From the NCBI GenBank assembly GCA_039208735.1, contig JBCCQY010000015.1, forward strand, positions 1 through 64,000: 64,000 bases of DNA, in the 5' to 3' direction. Made by a program: the position numbers and the translations under genes. Shown here piece after piece: positions 9,416-19,866 of this stretch (the stretch's first letter is position 1; each line of letters opens with the position of its first letter). The DNA is from Myxococcota bacterium (GTDB taxonomy: Bacteria > Myxococcota_A > UBA796 > GCA-2862545). The notes beneath the pieces were generated by a model that saw nothing but the letters and a program-made list of their open reading frames with translations, was not told the origin of the DNA and made no database searches.

Positions 9416-10728
9416 TGTTCGAGGATGTTCTGGCGCCATTGATGTTCGTGGTCGTGTTTGCGTTGATCTTCTCGGGCTACCCGGTTGCCTTCTCCCTCGG
9501 CGGAACGGCCCTCGTGTTTGCAGGCATTGGCATCCAAACTGGATTGTTGGACGCAGGCCTGCTCTACGCCTTTCCGTCGCGAGTGTTCGGCATTCTGTCG
9601 AATTTCGTGCTGCTCGCGGTTCCGTTCTTTGTGTTGATGGGGACGGTCCTCGAACGCAGCAAGCTCGCCGAAGATCTTCTGGTGACCATGGGCGAGTTGT
9701 TCGGCTCGCTTCGGGGAGGGCTCGCCCTTGCCGTGGTCGTGGTGGGGACGCTGCTTGCGGCAGCCACCGGCGTTGTGGGGGCATCGGTGGTGGCGATGGG
9801 GGTCATCAGCCTGCCGGTGATGTTGCGCCACGGCTACCAGCCTTCGCTCGCCGCGGGCGTCATCTGTGCGTCGGGCACCCTGGGTCAGATCGTGCCGCCG
9901 AGTGTGGTGCTCGTGGTGTTGGCGGACCAGCTCGGGGTGAGCGTGGGGGATCTGTTCGTCGGCAGTCTGGTGCCGGGGCTGATGCTCGCCGCGATGTACG
10001 CCATCTATGTGCTCGTCGTCGCCGCAATCTGGCCAGATCTTGCGCCTGCGCTCCCGGCTCCTGCGGGCGGGCGAGGCGCCATGGTAGGTCGCGTGGTGGG
10101 GGTCATGGTGCCCCCGTTGCTGCTCATCGTGCTCGTGCTGGGCAGCATCTTTGCGGGCGTTGCCACACCCACCGAGGCCGGTGCGCTCGGTGCGCTCGGC
10201 GCCTTGGTCTTGGCCATGGTTCGGGGACGTCTCACCCTTTCGGGGCTCCGCGAGGCGGTCGATTCGACCACTCAGACGACGTCGATGGTCATGATGTTGC
10301 TCGTCGGATCCACCCTGTTTGCCTTGGTGTTCCGAGGCTTGGGGGGCGATTTGTTGGTCGAGGATCTGTTGGTTGACCTGCCCGGCGGCCGATGGGGACT
10401 CCTCATTGTCGCCAATCTAGCGATCTTCATCCTGGGCTTCTTCATTGACTTTTTTGAGATCGCCTTCATCTTGCTGCCGCTACTCGTGCCCGCCGCGAAG
10501 TTGCTGGGCATCGATCTCATTTGGTTTGGCGTGCTCATTGGAATGAACTTGCAGACGAGCTTTCTGACACCGCCATTTGGCTTTGCGTTGTTCTACCTGC
10601 GTGGGGTAGCTCCTGAAAGCCTGCCCACCTCCTCGATCTATCGAGGCGTGGTGCCGTTCATCGCCATCCAGGTCGTGGGGTTGGGGCTGGTGGCCTGGTT
10701 CCCCGGTCTGGTCACCGGGGAATGGTAG
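9412..10728 (+). CDS. dctM: TRAP transporter large permease (DctM)
   Basis: ATGA overlap with dctQ; LLAVPFFVLMG, SGTLGQIVPPS, ATPTEAGA and QTSFLTPPFG motifs. Confidence 0.92.
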   Translation: MMFEDVLAPLMFVVVFALIFSGYPVAFSLGGTALVFAGIGIQTGLLDAGLLYAFPSRVFGILSNFVLLAVPFFVLMGTVLERSKLAEDLLVTMGELFGSLRGGLALAVVVVGTLLAAATGVVGASVVAMGVISLPVMLRHGYQPSLAAGVICASGTLGQIVPPSVVLVVLADQLGVSVGDLFVGSLVPGLMLAAMYAIYVLVVAAIWPDLAPALPAPAGGRGAMVGRVVGVMVPPLLLIVLVLGSIFAGVATPTEAGALGALGALVLAMVRGRLTLSGLREAVDSTTQTTSMVMMLLVGSTLFALVFRGLGGDLLVEDLLVDLPGGRWGLLIVANLAIFILGFFIDFFEIAFILLPLLVPAAKLLGIDLIWFGVLIGMNLQTSFLTPPFGFALFYLRGVAPESLPTSSIYRGVVPFIAIQVVGLGLVAWFPGLVTGEW

Positions 10729-10731
10729 GAG

Positions 10732-11820
10732 CTACCTTCCGAACGCGACCTTGGCGTAGGCCAACTCCGCCACTCCAAACCAGCGGTCCGATGCGTTTTT
10801 GAACGCCAACCAGTGGTCGTAGATTTCGCGATACGCAGGGTCGGCCGCGGCCTGCTCCTCGAGCATGGCCTGGGATTGCTTGCGGGCTTCCTCAAGCAGT
10901 TCGTCGGAGAACGGAGCGATCTCGACGCCAGCCGCGGCAATTTCCGCCAAGGCCGCCGGATTCTTCTGATCGTATCGGGTCTGCATGGCGAGGCCCGCTT
11001 CGTGCGCGGCCACGGCGAGGATGGCCTTCTCGTCGGCGGTCAGCCCGTCGTAGCGGCCTTGGTTGACATAGATCGACAAGTTGGGTCCCGGTTCCCACCA
11101 GCCCGGGTAGTGGTAGTGCTTGACCACCTGGTGGAACCCGAGCTTCAGGTCGTCGTAGGGCCCCACCCAGTCGGTGGCGTCGACCGCGCCGCGTTCGAGG
11201 GCCGTGTAGATTTCACCGCCGGCAATGGTCTGAGGCGCGACGCCAAGCCGTTCCATCACCGCGCCTCCAAGGCCGGGAATGCGCATCTTGAGGCCTTTGA
11301 GATCATCGAGCGTGGCGACCTTCCGGTTGAACCAGCCGCCCATTTGAACGCCCGTGTTGCCACTGGGAAACGCCCGTACGCCAAAGTCGGCCAGTCGCGC
11401 GTTGACGAGGTCGAGGCCTCCTGCTTCGAGCAACCACGCATTCTGTTGTCGGGCCGTGAGACCGAAGGGCACGCACGTATCAAAGGCGAGCGCTGGGTTC
11501 TTACCGACGTAGTAGTACGACCCGGTTTGACCGAGCTGCACCGCACCCGTGCCCACGTTGTCGAGCACTTCAAGGGCCGGAACCAATTCACCCGCCGAAT
11601 AGACACGGATTTCGAATCGACCGTCGGTCATCTGCGCGACGCGTTCGGCGAACACCTCCGCCGCCCCGAAAATCGTGTCCAAGCTTCGCGGAAAGCTAGA
11701 GGCAAGGCTCCATCGCCGCCGCTTGCGGGTGTGGACAGCAGGTCCGGCATCAGACGTAGCAGTGCCGCCACAGGCGGTAAGACCCACTGCGGCGGCCGTA
11801 AGAAGCGTTCGGCGGTTCAT
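10732..11820 (-). CDS. dctP: TRAP substrate-binding protein DctP (TakP-like, alpha-keto acid type), with Tat/lipoprotein signal
   Basis: MNRRTLL...LTAC signal; GNTGVQMGGWF, LKGLKMRIPG, WVGPYDD and YPGWWEPG motifs. Confidence 0.9.
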   Translation of the reverse strand: MNRRTLLTAAAVGLTACGGTATSDAGPAVHTRKRRRWSLASSFPRSLDTIFGAAEVFAERVAQMTDGRFEIRVYSAGELVPALEVLDNVGTGAVQLGQTGSYYYVGKNPALAFDTCVPFGLTARQQNAWLLEAGGLDLVNARLADFGVRAFPSGNTGVQMGGWFNRKVATLDDLKGLKMRIPGLGGAVMERLGVAPQTIAGGEIYTALERGAVDATDWVGPYDDLKLGFHQVVKHYHYPGWWEPGPNLSIYVNQGRYDGLTADEKAILAVAAHEAGLAMQTRYDQKNPAALAEIAAAGVEIAPFSDELLEEARKQSQAMLEEQAAADPAYREIYDHWLAFKNASDRWFGVAELAYAKVAFGR

Positions 11821-11856
11821 CGGCGCGGCTCTCCTCGACCCGCGAGATGAGCGGGC

Positions 11857-12255
11857 CTACTTGGTCAGGGTCAGGGAGCCCGTCTCAATGCAGTTCTTCT
11901 GACCCTCGCCCTGGGCATAGCACAGGTCGATCGAGTAAGTCGCATCCATCGAGTTCTCCTCGACGGTGGCCTGGAGATCGCAGGCGCGCGCTTCGGTGTT
12001 GAGGATGAGGTTGACGGACGCGCTCGCGTTGTCGGACGCAGCCGCGTTCACCAAATAAATCCATCCGCCAATGTCAAGGGTGCCCGAGAACGGACGGTCA
12101 GCTTCACCGTCGTACCGGAACTGCGCCTCGGCAGGAACCTGGATGTTGTTCGCATCTGTGGCAGTCCCCGTCCAGTTGCCTTGGAGCGTGGCAATATAGG
12201 GGTCTTGTCCACAGCCGATGGCCAGGATCAGGGAAAAGACAGCAAAGGCTCGCAT
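11857..12255 (-). CDS. Hypothetical lipoprotein
   Basis: Lipobox MRAFAVFSLILAIG-C; GGGAG SD; beta-rich body (LQGNWTGT). Confidence 0.7.
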   Translation of the reverse strand: MRAFAVFSLILAIGCGQDPYIATLQGNWTGTATDANNIQVPAEAQFRYDGEADRPFSGTLDIGGWIYLVNAAASDNASASVNLILNTEARACDLQATVEENSMDATYSIDLCYAQGEGQKNCIETGSLTLTK

Positions 12256-12360
12256 GATCGGTGGTCTCCCGTTGAAGCGGGTGCGCCCGCCGCGCCGTCC
12301 GAACCATAGCAGACTCCAACGCATCCGCGCACGTTGCAGGTTGTCGTTACGGCGTGCACC

Positions 12361-15300
12361 ATGGTGACGCAGGGATTGTCGCGCTTTAGCGCACCGGTAC
12401 AGCAATGGTTTTCTGGGGCTTTTGCGGCTCCCACGGACGTGCAGTTGCGAGGGTGGCCTTCGATTGCAGAAGGCGACCACACTCTTCTGTTAGCGCCCAC
12501 AGGGTCTGGAAAGACACTCGCGGCGTTCCTCGCGGGGCTGGACCGCCTGTTTCGGCTACCCATCGATGCCGAGCCTGGCGTCCGGCTGCTCTACGTCTCA
12601 CCGCTCAAGGCGCTCGTCTACGACATCGAACGCAATCTACGCGCTCCATTGGTCGGGATTGCGAACGAAGCGAGCCGGTTGGGGACGTCGCTGCGGCCGG
12701 TGCGCGTCGACATTCGGACGGGGGACACGCCACAGCGTGAACGGCAGCGGCAGGTCAAAGATCCTGCCGACATCTTAGTCACGACGCCCGAATCCCTCTA
12801 CCTGCTCCTCGGAAGCCGGGCGCGGGAGACCCTACGCTCCGTGCACACCGTCATCGTGGATGAGATCCATGTCATGGCGGGAAGTAAACGCGGGGTTCAC
12901 CTTGCGTTGTCGCTTGAACGCTTGGCCGAGGTGTGCGACGAAGATCCTCAACGCGTTGGATTGTCGGCCACACAGCGCCCGCTTTCGGAAATCGCACGAT
13001 TTCTCGGGGGGGCGCGCCCCGTAGAGATCATCGATGCATCCGCGAAGCCCGATCTCGACCTCGAAATCGTGGTGCCTGTACCCGACATGGAGCGGCCGGT
13101 TTCCGCCACCCCTCCGCCGTCGGGGGGCGAGGGGCAGCGGCAGATGGTGGGGTTCGACACGCCGGATTCGCCACCTCCCTCGGGGGGCGAGCAGCGGTCA
13201 TCCGGGATGTGGCCGGTCATCTATCCGCGGTTGCTCGAACTGATTCGGGCGCACCGATCGACCATCATCTTCACGAACTCTCGGATCCTGTGCGAGCGAC
13301 TGGCGCAGCGACTCAATGAACTTGCCGGCGAGGACCTCGTTCAAGCGCATCACGGGTCGATTAGCCATGCGCGGCGCCACGAGGTCGAAGAAGCCTTGAA
13401 AGCAGGTCGATTGCCGGGAATCGTCGCCACGAGTTCGCTCGAGCTTGGCATCGACATGGGGGCCGTCGATTTGGTGCTGCTGGTGGAGTCGCCGGGGTCC
13501 GTGGCGAGTGGGTTGCAGCGGGTGGGCCGAGCCGGGCATAGCGTCGGCGCTCGGTCGATCGGCCGGATCTTTCCGAAGTATCGGGGCGACCTCATCGAGG
13601 CGACGGTCGTGGCTCAGGAGATGCTGGAGGGTCGGGTTGAGCCAACCGCGGTCCCCACAAACTGCCTCGATGTGTTGGCCCAGCAGATCGTGGCGATGGT
13701 GGCCGATCAACCGTGGTCGATCGAGGAGCTGTTCGCCTGCGTGAAGCGGGCCGCGCCCTACGCCGAGCTGTCCGAGAACGTGTTCCACAGCGTGCTCGAC
13801 ATGCTCTCGGGCCGGTACCCGTCCGACGACTTTGCGGAGTTGCGCCCTCGCATCACCTGGGACCGTACGCAACAGGTGCTCACGCCTCGCAAGGGCGCCG
13901 CACTGCTTGCGCGGCTCAATGGCGGCACGATTCCCGACCGGGGGCTGTACACCGTCTACCTGGCGGGCGGAGGACCGCGGCTCGGTGAACTCGATGAAGA
14001 GATGGTCTATGAGTCGCGCAAGGGTGACCTCATCATCTTGGGCGCGAGCACCTGGCGCATCGAAGAAATCACCCGCGATCAGGTGCTGGTCAGTCCCGCG
14101 CCGGGTGAACCAGGCCGGCTCCCGTTCTGGCATGGGGAGCGTCCAGGTCGGCCTTCAGAACTGGGTCGGGCCATCGGTCAATTCCTCCGAGAGGTGGCGG
14201 AGCACGAACCCGACGCCGAACGTTGGCTCATGGAAGCCACGCCGCTTGATGCGCTCGCCGCGAAGAACGTCACCAACTACGTGCGCGAGCAGATCGACTG
14301 CACGGGTGAGCTGCCCACCGACCGCACCTTGGTGGTCGAGAGCTTTCGCGATGAACTGGGGGATTGGCGGGTCTGCATCCTCTCCCCGTTTGGCAGTCGG
14401 GTGCACGCTCCGTGGGGGTTGGCCCTGGAGGCGCGCCTTGGGGCTGAGCAGGGCTACGACGTGCAGGCCCTGTGGACCGATGATGGGATTGCACTGCGCT
14501 TTGCGGATGTCGATGAGCGGCCGGCGACCGATGTGCTCTGGCTCGATCCGGACGAGGTGGAAGACCTGGTTGTCGAACAGCTGGGTCGTTCTGCCCTGTT
14601 CGCCGCACGGTTCCGTGAAAATGCTTCGCGAGCCCTCCTCATGCCTCGCCGGACGGGCAAAGGCCGTCAGCCGTTGTGGGCACAGCGTCTCAAGGCGCAG
14701 AACTTACTGCAGGTCGCAAGCCAGTACCCGGCGTTCCCCATCGTGCTCGAGACCTACCGCGAGTGCCTCCAGAACGTGCTGGATGTCCCAGGCCTGAAAA
14801 CGCTGTTGGGCGATGTCTCGGCGCGTCGGGTTCGAGTGCACGAGGTCGAAACGCGCACGCCGTCGCCGTTCGCCCAGTCGCTCGTCTTTGCCTATGTCGC
14901 CGCGTTCATGTACGCAGGCGATGCGCCAATGGCCGAGCGACGTGCGGCAGCGCTCACCTTGGATCGGTCCCTTCTTCAGGAGCTGCTGGGTCAGACCGAC
15001 CTGCGGGATTTACTTGAGCCGTCCGCGGTGGCCGAGGTCGAAGCCGAGCTGCAATTCCGGCTCCCCGACCGCAAGGTCCGACATCCCGATGCGCTGCACG
15101 ACCTGTTGCGCCGTCTTGGGGAGTTGGATGACGACGAGATCGTGGAGCGAAGTGCCGAAGACCCCACCGCATGGGTGCGGGAGCTGATCGCGGCCCGAAG
15201 GGCGGTCGCGGTGCGGATCGCAGGTGTGCCGCGGACCATCGCCGTTGAAGATGCGGGTCGGTACCGCGATGCACTTGGTGTCGCGTTGCCCCCGGGCCTG

Positions 15301-16797
15301 CCCCAGGTGTTTCTCGAGCCCAATCCCGACGCCTTGCCCGCGCTGGTGCTGCGCTACGCAAAGACCCACGGCCCCTTCGTCGCAGAAGATCTGGCCAATC
15401 GGTGGGGCCTGCCGTTGGGGGTGGTGCGGCTCGTCCTCGACAGTCTCGTCAAGGAGAATCGAGTTCTTTCGGGCGAAATTCGGCCTGGCGGTACGCGGTG
15501 GGAGTGGTGCCATCCCGATGTGTTGGCCCGGCTCAAGCGACGGTCCTTGGCGGCGCTCCGGCAGGAGATTGCCCCGGTCGAGGCTCCCGTGTACGCCCGT
15601 TTCCTCATTCAGTGGCACGGCATCGGCACCGAGCGTTCGGGACTGCCCCGGTTGCGCGAGGTTCTCGAGCAGCTTGAGGGATTGGCCTTGCCGGCGTCCG
15701 TCTGGCTCTCGGGACCGATCCTACGTCAGCGGGTATCGGGCTTTCAACCAGATATGCTCGACCAGCTGGGAGCCCTTGGCGAGTTGGTCTGGATTGGGCG
15801 TGGGGGGCTGGGACCCAAGGATGGACGCATTGCCCTTGTGTTTCGGGACCAGGTGCCCATCCTGTTCGACCCGCCCGAGCCAGAGGAGGGGTTCCTCGAC
15901 GACCCCGAGGACGAACGGGCGCCGGTGCGCAAGGCGCTTTACGACCATCTGCTTACGCGAGGCGCTTCCTTTCTCGTAGGGCTCCAGCGTGCGGCAGAAG
16001 GCGCCTCCCTCGCTGACGTCAACGCAGCATTGTGGGATTTGGCCTGGGCGGGCTTGGTCACGAACGACACCTTCACCCCGTTGCGGGCGCTTTCTGCCCC
16101 TAAGCGAAGCGGTCGCCGGCGGGGGCGCAGTGCGGCGTTGTCGGCGGCAGGGGGGCGCTGGTCGGCGGTTGCGGACCTGTTTGGGGGGGACGTGGGCGAT
16201 ACTGAGCGCGCACATGCTCGTGCCAACCTGCTTCTTGAGCGGTACGGGGTGGCGTGCGCCGAGGCTGCGCGGTCCGAAGGGTTCTCAGGGGGCTTTTCTG
16301 CCGTCTACCCCATGCTTCGCGCGATGGAGGAGTCGGGACGGGCACGCCGTGGCTGGTTTGTCGACGGACTTGAAGGGGCGCAGTTTGCGTTTCCCGGAGT
16401 GGTCGACCGTCTGCGCGCGAGTCGCCAAGATGAATCTCCGGTGGTGATGATCGATGCGATTGATCCGGCGAATCCGTGGGGAAGCCTGTTGTCGTGGCCC
16501 GCGAGCCCCGGCAAGCCGCGTCGGGTGGCGGGTGCCACGGTGGTCCTGGTTGAAGGCGCGCCGGCTCTCTTCGTCGAACGCGGCGAGCGCCGTTGGATTT
16601 GCTTTGAGACCGAGGACCCCTCGGGCATCGAGCGGGCGATTCGAGGGTGGTTGGAGGCTCAGATCGATCGCTGGCGCACCGTCAAGGTGGAACAGGTCAA
16701 CGGGGAACCCGCGCTTGAATCCCCGTTTCGCCAGGCGTTCGTGGATGCAGGCTTCGTTCCGTCCGGCAATGCGCTCGAGCGTCGACGGGGAGACTGA
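12361..16797 (+). CDS. lhr: Lhr superfamily-2 helicase, long form with C-terminal extension
   Basis: APTGSGKT, SPLKAL, DEIH, SAT, HHGS, ATSSLELGID, QRVGR, GGTIPDRG and C-terminal DPANPWG motifs. Confidence 0.93.
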   Translation: MVTQGLSRFSAPVQQWFSGAFAAPTDVQLRGWPSIAEGDHTLLLAPTGSGKTLAAFLAGLDRLFRLPIDAEPGVRLLYVSPLKALVYDIERNLRAPLVGIANEASRLGTSLRPVRVDIRTGDTPQRERQRQVKDPADILVTTPESLYLLLGSRARETLRSVHTVIVDEIHVMAGSKRGVHLALSLERLAEVCDEDPQRVGLSATQRPLSEIARFLGGARPVEIIDASAKPDLDLEIVVPVPDMERPVSATPPPSGGEGQRQMVGFDTPDSPPPSGGEQRSSGMWPVIYPRLLELIRAHRSTIIFTNSRILCERLAQRLNELAGEDLVQAHHGSISHARRHEVEEALKAGRLPGIVATSSLELGIDMGAVDLVLLVESPGSVASGLQRVGRAGHSVGARSIGRIFPKYRGDLIEATVVAQEMLEGRVEPTAVPTNCLDVLAQQIVAMVADQPWSIEELFACVKRAAPYAELSENVFHSVLDMLSGRYPSDDFAELRPRITWDRTQQVLTPRKGAALLARLNGGTIPDRGLYTVYLAGGGPRLGELDEEMVYESRKGDLIILGASTWRIEEITRDQVLVSPAPGEPGRLPFWHGERPGRPSELGRAIGQFLREVAEHEPDAERWLMEATPLDALAAKNVTNYVREQIDCTGELPTDRTLVVESFRDELGDWRVCILSPFGSRVHAPWGLALEARLGAEQGYDVQALWTDDGIALRFADVDERPATDVLWLDPDEVEDLVVEQLGRSALFAARFRENASRALLMPRRTGKGRQPLWAQRLKAQNLLQVASQYPAFPIVLETYRECLQNVLDVPGLKTLLGDVSARRVRVHEVETRTPSPFAQSLVFAYVAAFMYAGDAPMAERRAAALTLDRSLLQELLGQTDLRDLLEPSAVAEVEAELQFRLPDRKVRHPDALHDLLRRLGELDDDEIVERSAEDPTAWVRELIAARRAVAVRIAGVPRTIAVEDAGRYRDALGVALPPGLPQVFLEPNPDALPALVLRYAKTHGPFVAEDLANRWGLPLGVVRLVLDSLVKENRVLSGEIRPGGTRWEWCHPDVLARLKRRSLAALRQEIAPVEAPVYARFLIQWHGIGTERSGLPRLREVLEQLEGLALPASVWLSGPILRQRVSGFQPDMLDQLGALGELVWIGRGGLGPKDGRIALVFRDQVPILFDPPEPEEGFLDDPEDERAPVRKALYDHLLTRGASFLVGLQRAAEGASLADVNAALWDLAWAGLVTNDTFTPLRALSAPKRSGRRRGRSAALSAAGGRWSAVADLFGGDVGDTERAHARANLLLERYGVACAEAARSEGFSGGFSAVYPMLRAMEESGRARRGWFVDGLEGAQFAFPGVVDRLRASRQDESPVVMIDAIDPANPWGSLLSWPASPGKPRRVAGATVVLVEGAPALFVERGERRWICFETEDPSGIERAIRGWLEAQIDRWRTVKVEQVNGEPALESPFRQAFVDAGFVPSGNALERRRGD

Positions 16798-16859
16798 AGG
16801 CGGCGAGCCAGATTGGGATACGCTTTGAAAAGCGGCGAAGTTCCGTGCGGGAGGGTCCG

Positions 16860-17141
16860 ATGGCCGAACGCTGGGTCGAAGCCGCGCGACAGCATCCCCG
16901 GGTCGCGCGCGTTCGTGAAGGATGGTCCTTGATCGTTCAAGCGATCACGCTTGGATTTGTGGATCTCGACGGACTCGCCGGGATGGCGATGCAGCTCGAA
17001 GTCGGCGGAGACATCGTCCTGGAGGAAGTTGGGATCTGGCCCTCCGGGGACGACGTGATCGTGGAGGTGCAGGAGGGATCCGCTACGGTGAACCGAGCCG
17101 CGTTTCTCGATGTGTTGTCCGCCGTGGCGCAAACGGTGTAA
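16860..17141 (+). CDS. Small hypothetical protein
   Basis: GGAGGG SD; protein-like composition; fills the gap between lhr and tex. Confidence 0.55.
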   Translation: MAERWVEAARQHPRVARVREGWSLIVQAITLGFVDLDGLAGMAMQLEVGGDIVLEEVGIWPSGDDVIVEVQEGSATVNRAAFLDVLSAVAQTV

Positions 17142-19307
17142 CTAGCGCCCTCGTCGCGGTGTGCCCTCGCGCATCGACAACGAAATCCGCTTGCGGTCCA
17201 GATCGACGTTCAGCACCCGCACCTTGACCCGCTGGCCCGCCTGGACCACGTCGTGCGGCGACTCCACAAATCGATCGGCCAGTTGAGAGAAGTGGACCAA
17301 TCCGTCCTGGTGAACCCCGAGATCGACGAAGGCGCCGAAGTTGGCCACGTTCGTGACGACGCCTTCGAGCACCATGCCTTCACGAAGGTCCTCGATGGCG
17401 TTGACGTCTTCGCGGAACTTTGGAGCTTCGAACTGGGTTCGAGGGTCGCGGCCCGGGCGCTTCAATTCGTCGGCAATGTCGGTGAGGGTGGCCATGCCGA
17501 TGTCGTCAGAAACGTATTGTTCGAGTCGAAGGGCATCGACGCGCCGGGGTTCCTCGAGCAACGTCGCCACGGTGCAGCCATGGTCCTTCGCGATGCGTTG
17601 CACCAATCGGTACCGTTCGGGATGCACCGCCGAAGCATCGAGCGGCTCCTCCCCGCCGTTCACGCGGAGAAAACCCGCACACTGCTCGAATGTCTTCTTG
17701 CCAAGCCCGGCGATGTCCGACAGTTGCTTGCGGGTATGGAAGGGACCTTGCGAGGACCGGTGTTCAACGATGCGGTCTGCAAGCTTGGGCCCAATGCCCG
17801 CGACGTGCCGGAGCAGCGGCGCGCTAGCCGTGTTGACGTCGACACCCACGCGGTTCACGCAGCTCTCGACCACCTCTTCGAGCCTTCGTTCGAGCTTCTT
17901 TTGATCAACGTCGTGCTGGTACTGTCCCACTCCAAGCGATCCTGGAGGCACTTTCACGAGTTCAGCGAGCGGATCTTGGAGGCGTCGTGCGAGGTGGGCC
18001 GCGCCGCGTACGGTGAGGTCCACGTCGGGCATCTCTTCGCGCGCGCCATCCGAGGCACTGTAGACGCTCGCTCCGCTTTCACTGACCGCCACCACGGGAA
18101 TGTCGAGCCCCGCCTCCATCACAGCTTTCCGGGTTTCGGCGAGGGCTTCGCGTCCTCCCGTGCCGTTGCCGACCGCGACCGCACCGGGGTTCGAACGGCG
18201 AAGCCAACCCGCGAGCTTTCCAATTTCAGGCTCGCGTCGGCCCACCAGGTGGATGACCTCGTGGTTGAGGAGTTCGCCCGTATCGCTGACCAGGGCGCAC
18301 TTGCATCCGGTTCGAATGCCAGGGTCGATGCCGAGCACCGGCACAGGGCCCAACGGAGACGCCAGCAGGAGCGCTTCAAGATTGCGGCCAAAGACCTCGA
18401 TCGCTTCGTCGTCCGCCCCCGTCTTATGGGCCGCGCGGACGCGTCGTTCGGCCGCGGGCAACAGCAGTCGTCCGAGGCTGTCCTCCACGGCTTGCTCATA
18501 GACATCTGCCCACGGCGATGCGCGATCGAGGCCGACCAGACGCCTCAATTGGTGGAAGGTCCGGTCCACGTCCGGGCGTACTTTGACCCGAAGGGCACCC
18601 TCGGATTCTCCGCGGCAGATCGCGAGGTATCGGTGGGACGGAATGCGGGCGATGCGTTCGTCGTGGTCTGCATAGTCGGCAAATCGAGGATCGGCGTCTT
18701 TGCTGGCCTTCGCGGTGATGGTGCCGTAGGTCGCCATCTGCTCGTGGACGAACTCTCGAAACCGTTGGTCTTGGGCCAGCTCCTCGGCCACGATGTCGCG
18801 GGCTCCCGCGAGGGCTGCGTCGACATCCTGAACGTCGTCCCTCAAGAACCGTTGGGCCTCGATAATGGGGCTCCCCTTGCGGCCCTGGCGCTTGATCAGG
18901 TCCGCGAGGGGTTGCAGTCCTCGCTCTCGGGCCATCTCGGCCCGCGTCTTCCGCTTTTGCTTGAAAGGCGCGTAGAAGTCCTCGAGGGCGGCGCGGTCGG
19001 TGATTTGGTCGAGCACGGCTTTGCGAGCTGCAGTGAGCTTGCCTTGTTCGCGCAGGGCGGTTTCGATGACCTGGCGTCGGGCCAGCAGGTCCTGCCAGGC
19101 TTCACGGGCGTGGGCGACGGCGCGGAGTTGGACCTCGTCGAGCCCCTGCGTCCGTTCCTTACGGTAGCGGGCGATGAAGGGAACGGTGGCCCCTTCTTCG
19201 AACAGCTCGACGGCGGCGCGAACGGCCGGCACGGAGAGTTGGAGGTCGATGGCGATGCGAGGGGCGAGGTCGGACACAGGGGTACCTTGGGGCCGGGGGA
19301 AGGTCAT
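17142..19307 (-). CDS. tex: Tex/YhgF S1 RNA-binding transcription accessory protein (start uncertain; GTG at 19277 is an alternative)
   Basis: GATVPFIARYRKE, GIDPGIRTGCK, ESGASVYSAS, GVGQYQHD, HhH motifs and a C-terminal S1 domain (FGAFVDLGVHQDGLVH). Confidence 0.93.
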   Translation of the reverse strand: MTFPRPQGTPVSDLAPRIAIDLQLSVPAVRAAVELFEEGATVPFIARYRKERTQGLDEVQLRAVAHAREAWQDLLARRQVIETALREQGKLTAARKAVLDQITDRAALEDFYAPFKQKRKTRAEMARERGLQPLADLIKRQGRKGSPIIEAQRFLRDDVQDVDAALAGARDIVAEELAQDQRFREFVHEQMATYGTITAKASKDADPRFADYADHDERIARIPSHRYLAICRGESEGALRVKVRPDVDRTFHQLRRLVGLDRASPWADVYEQAVEDSLGRLLLPAAERRVRAAHKTGADDEAIEVFGRNLEALLLASPLGPVPVLGIDPGIRTGCKCALVSDTGELLNHEVIHLVGRREPEIGKLAGWLRRSNPGAVAVGNGTGGREALAETRKAVMEAGLDIPVVAVSESGASVYSASDGAREEMPDVDLTVRGAAHLARRLQDPLAELVKVPPGSLGVGQYQHDVDQKKLERRLEEVVESCVNRVGVDVNTASAPLLRHVAGIGPKLADRIVEHRSSQGPFHTRKQLSDIAGLGKKTFEQCAGFLRVNGGEEPLDASAVHPERYRLVQRIAKDHGCTVATLLEEPRRVDALRLEQYVSDDIGMATLTDIADELKRPGRDPRTQFEAPKFREDVNAIEDLREGMVLEGVVTNVANFGAFVDLGVHQDGLVHFSQLADRFVESPHDVVQAGQRVKVRVLNVDLDRKRISLSMREGTPRRGR

Positions 19308-19371
19308 CACGTAGCGCCCTCGGGGCGATGGGCGATCGCGTGGGATAGGGACCGAGCTTTGGAGGACCGAG

Positions 19372-19866
19372 ATGGCCACGAAGGTCGGGATCGTCATGGG
19401 CAGCCAATCGGACTGGCCCACCATGGAGTCCGCAGCCAACGTGCTGCACGAACTCGGCGTCGGATTCGAGGTCGAGGTGGTGAGCGCTCATCGTACGCCT
19501 GACCGCCTCTTTTCGTACGCTGAGACCGCCCTCGAACGTGGGTTGCGGGCGATCATTGCCGGAGCGGGAGGTGCGGCCCACCTACCGGGCATGCTCGCGG
19601 CGAAAACGCGGGTTCCGGTGTTGGGGGTTCCCGTCAAGAGCAAGGCCCTCAACGGCCTTGACTCGTTGCTCTCAATCGTCCAAATGCCGGGTGGCGTACC
19701 TGTCGCGACCTTCGCCATCGGCGCCTCTGGAGCCACCAACGCGGGGTTGTTCGCCGCATCGTTGATCGCGCTCCACGATCCCCACGTGGCTTCCGCGCTG
19801 GATCGATTTCGTCGCGCCCAGACCGACCGGGTTGCCGCCAACCCCGACCCCCGGAACGGCTCATGA
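19372..19866 (+). CDS. purE: N5-CAIR mutase
   Basis: [26 protein letters not shown] and [13 protein letters not shown] motifs. Confidence 0.96.
   Translation: MATKVGIVMGSQSDWPTMESAANVLHELGVGFEVEVVSAHRTPDRLFSYAETALERGLRAIIAGAGGAAHLPGMLAAKTRVPVLGVPVKSKALNGLDSLLSIVQMPGGVPVATFAIGASGATNAGLFAASLIALHDPHVASALDRFRRAQTDRVAANPDPRNGS

Noticed and set aside
12361..16797. Lhr as a defence-island helicase
   Set aside because: It is the standard long-form Lhr in a housekeeping context, with no nuclease, methylase or mobility genes alongside.
17253..19502. 749-aa plus-strand ORF
   Set aside because: Antisense shadow of tex. It has no motifs, and such shadows are expected from high-GC codon bias.
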